A DNA stretch of 37,438 nucleotides from Diploschistes diacapsis. Its lineage: Eukaryota. The stretch lies in contig JALAIB010000063.1 in assembly GCA_023645945.1 (NCBI GenBank), forward strand, positions 1 through 37,438, given 5' to 3'. The notes beneath the pieces are model-generated. The model made no database searches. It was not told where the DNA came from and saw only the letters and a list, made by a program, of their open reading frames with translations. Positions within the stretch are counted from its first letter, which is position 1; the number at the start of each line of letters is the position of its first letter. A program made the translations under genes and the position numbers. Positions 35,048 to 37,438 of this stretch are shown here, piece after piece.

Positions 35048-37438
35048 ATGGACTTTCCATCGTCTGCAGGGCGCCGCCCTGGCGCCTTTTCTCCCATGCC
35101 AGCTAATGCAACTCCTCATTTGCAAGCACGAGCTCTACACCAGAGGTCCCATTCCTCCGGTAGCGACTCTTCTAGTTCATCGCAGCTAACTGCAATGTCC
35201 GGGGGTAGAAGAACTCCTTTCCAACAACGGCCTCAGATATTTGCAAACTCTAGCGCAAACTCCAGTTCAACGTCCCTCTATAACCAGCATCTCTCCATCG
35301 CGCACGTTGTAAACGACGCCCCGTCCCGCAAGAACTCACCTTTAAACCCCACCACAGCCATCGATCCTCGATCACACAAACGCAACAACTCTCAAGGGTT
35401 CTTCGAGCCATCTCTACCGTCTGCTTCTCCCGTTGATCAGCCTGGTATGGCGGGATTGACGGCCTCGCAGATTGCTGCTCAAGCTGCCATGCAGCACCAA
35501 CAGAACGGCAGCAACACACACGTTAGGAAGCGCTCGCAGACCGTGCCCAGTCCTTTAACTTCGCCCGAAGCTAATAATGGCCGCCCCAAGCCCCCTCCCT
35601 TGTCAAACGTACCGACAAGTGCTCGAAGACCCGACGGTCGCTTCCCAATGCACACTCAATACCAGAGCCTCGCTGTGCCTAGTCCGACCGTCACGGCGGC
35701 CTCGGCTGCAAATGCGGCTTATCCTCGAACCGCGCAGCTTTCACCTGGGTTGACATCGTTCTCTGAATTGCCCGCGGAAAAGGAGGGCAAGGGCAAAGAA
35801 AGATCGAAGATGAAGCTGTTCGCCAAGCCAAAGCATATTGGTATACCAGGATACAAAGATGTGGATCGGAGAGAAAAGCTGATACCCTCGCCTGGCAGGG
35901 GCGCGTCTCCTGGACCGAATCTACTCTCCAACAAATTCAATGCCTCTACTACGAGCCTTGTTGACTCCGCAACGCCCGCATCTGCTTCGATCTACAGCAT
36001 ACCGAACAGCTCAACCTTCACCCTGGTTCCAAGGACGGAAGACAAGGAAAAGAGTCACAGGCATAATTTCTTGTCCAGACAGAAGAATAAGCTAAAGGAT
36101 AAGATGGACGATCACACATTGACCTTGTCTTCCGCGTCGAGTAATTCTAAACCGATCGATCCAAGCGCTCCTCAGTCAATCTACAACTTTGCTCCTGCAT
36201 CTCCGGGTTTGGTGCAAAGCGGGTTCTCCAAATCTGTCAGCGGCTTTGATTTACGACATGGCGGGCGAGCTTTGCGGGAGAAGAGGAAGGAAGAGAAAGC
36301 GGGCATACCGGATTCTAAGAGGGAAGATTGGCTGGCTGCGACCGGACTGACGCCTGCCGGTACTACTGCCGGGCAATCATTTCCCATCGCCTCAAATCTT
36401 GATAACTCACATGGCAATCTGCAGGGGTTCGGCTTGTCGAACATGACCGCAGATGACGCCTGGGACTTTCTGAAGGCCAAGATACTTATCATATTCGAAG
36501 GCGAAGAGATAAGAACGCCAGTAGAGGACCTGAACCGTCTAGTGACCATCCACATCCAGCGCTGTTTCCACAAGCGCGCACCCACCATAATAACCGAAGA
36601 CCTCGACGACCTCCTACGCACAGGCTTTCTATCCCTCGACCAAACTCTCCGCCATATCCCCGACGACAAGCTTGTTCCCGAACTCGTCAAAACATGGCTC
36701 CAAGTCTTCGGCTCCATCCTGCCCTACATACAGGCCGTCTTTCTCCCCCTCGACCTCGAATTCAAAGGCCAAGGTACCACAGTCCGCGACCCCGCCGAGT
36801 TCTGGGGCATCAAACCCGACTCCTCCGCTCTACTCGAAGGATCCGACAACGAGCTCGACGTGCGCCGCATGATCCTGCTCTCATACCGCGACAACATCAT
36901 CCTCCCCCGCCACGACATCCTGAAAACCATCTTCTCCCGCCTCTCGCTCGAGAGCATCAACGTCATCGGCCTCGAGTCGCCACAGCCCCCGACCTCCCCC
37001 GGCCAGCGCCCAGGCACCGCAACCTCCAGCTCCGGCGCCGCGACCCAGGACCACGTCTCGACGAGCTACAACTCCCAATCCTCCACCCTGCTGGGCGGCG
37101 ACTCCGGCACCCGCAGCCGCGCAACATCCAACACCTCCAACCCGGACCTCCCGTCCTTCAGCCCACCGCCGACGACACTCCGCCGACAACTGATGGCCGC
37201 GCCTCCGTCCTCTTTCCCCTTTCCCTCGGGCGCCCAGGCCCAGGGTCAGGGCCAGGGGTACTTGTCCGGCGCCAACGCGCGGCAGGGCGCCCAGGTCACG
37301 GAGACGGTGGGCCGCATGCTGCAGTGCATGAGCGTGCTGGCGAGCCTGCGGAGCGGGGACGAGGCGCAGGAGACGATCGAGGAGATCACGAAGGCGCTGA
37401 AGCTGAATTGGTTGGGGCGGGGGAGGACGGGGCGGAAC
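35048..37438 (+). CDS. BIT61: HbrB-domain protein, Bit61/PRR5-like TORC2 subunit; 3'-truncated by the window edge (at least 797 codons). Absent from the ORF track because its stop is outside the window
   Basis: First ATG after the in-frame TGA at 35033. One frame carries SQGFFEPSLP, ASQIAAQAAM, MKLFAKPKHI, SGFDLRHGGRALREKRKEEK, DDAWDFLKAKILIIFEGEEIRTPVEDLNRLV, ILPYIQAVFLPLDLEFKG, ETVGRMLQCMSVLASL and LKLNWLGRGRTGRN. Confidence 0.88.
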   Translation, partial: MDFPSSAGRRPGAFSPMPANATPHLQARALHQRSHSSGSDSSSSSQLTAMSGGRRTPFQQRPQIFANSSANSSSTSLYNQHLSIAHVVNDAPSRKNSPLNPTTAIDPRSHKRNNSQGFFEPSLPSASPVDQPGMAGLTASQIAAQAAMQHQQNGSNTHVRKRSQTVPSPLTSPEANNGRPKPPPLSNVPTSARRPDGRFPMHTQYQSLAVPSPTVTAASAANAAYPRTAQLSPGLTSFSELPAEKEGKGKERSKMKLFAKPKHIGIPGYKDVDRREKLIPSPGRGASPGPNLLSNKFNASTTSLVDSATPASASIYSIPNSSTFTLVPRTEDKEKSHRHNFLSRQKNKLKDKMDDHTLTLSSASSNSKPIDPSAPQSIYNFAPASPGLVQSGFSKSVSGFDLRHGGRALREKRKEEKAGIPDSKREDWLAATGLTPAGTTAGQSFPIASNLDNSHGNLQGFGLSNMTADDAWDFLKAKILIIFEGEEIRTPVEDLNRLVTIHIQRCFHKRAPTIITEDLDDLLRTGFLSLDQTLRHIPDDKLVPELVKTWLQVFGSILPYIQAVFLPLDLEFKGQGTTVRDPAEFWGIKPDSSALLEGSDNELDVRRMILLSYRDNIILPRHDILKTIFSRLSLESINVIGLESPQPPTSPGQRPGTATSSSGAATQDHVSTSYNSQSSTLLGGDSGTRSRATSNTSNPDLPSFSPPPTTLRRQLMAAPPSSFPFPSGAQAQGQGQGYLSGANARQGAQVTETVGRMLQCMSVLASLRSGDEAQETIEEITKALKLNWLGRGRTGRN

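Overview
Intron-containing DNA from a filamentous ascomycete (Pezizomycotina; the species cannot be determined from the sequence). The left three quarters hold a secondary-metabolite locus. The 5' part of an ABCC/MRP-type ABC transporter (minus strand, runs off the left edge) is transcribed divergently, across about 3.1 kb, from a very large two-exon NRPS (4624..28472, about 7,931 aa). Its architecture is [half-C]-A-T-E-C-A-T-C-A-T-E-C-A-T-C-A-T-E-C-T-CT-T(no Ser). This is the NPS4/NRPS4 (fusahexin-synthetase-like) layout and predicts an alternating D/L cyclic hexapeptide made with only five A domains. The hand-extracted A-domain codes suggest a different, possibly undescribed product. Downstream are a convergent, unusually GC-rich CYP53 (benzoate 4-hydroxylase), then housekeeping genes Vam6/Vps39, Gon7 and an HbrB/Bit61-domain gene that runs off the right edge. 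No RNA genes, transposons or CRISPR arrays were seen.
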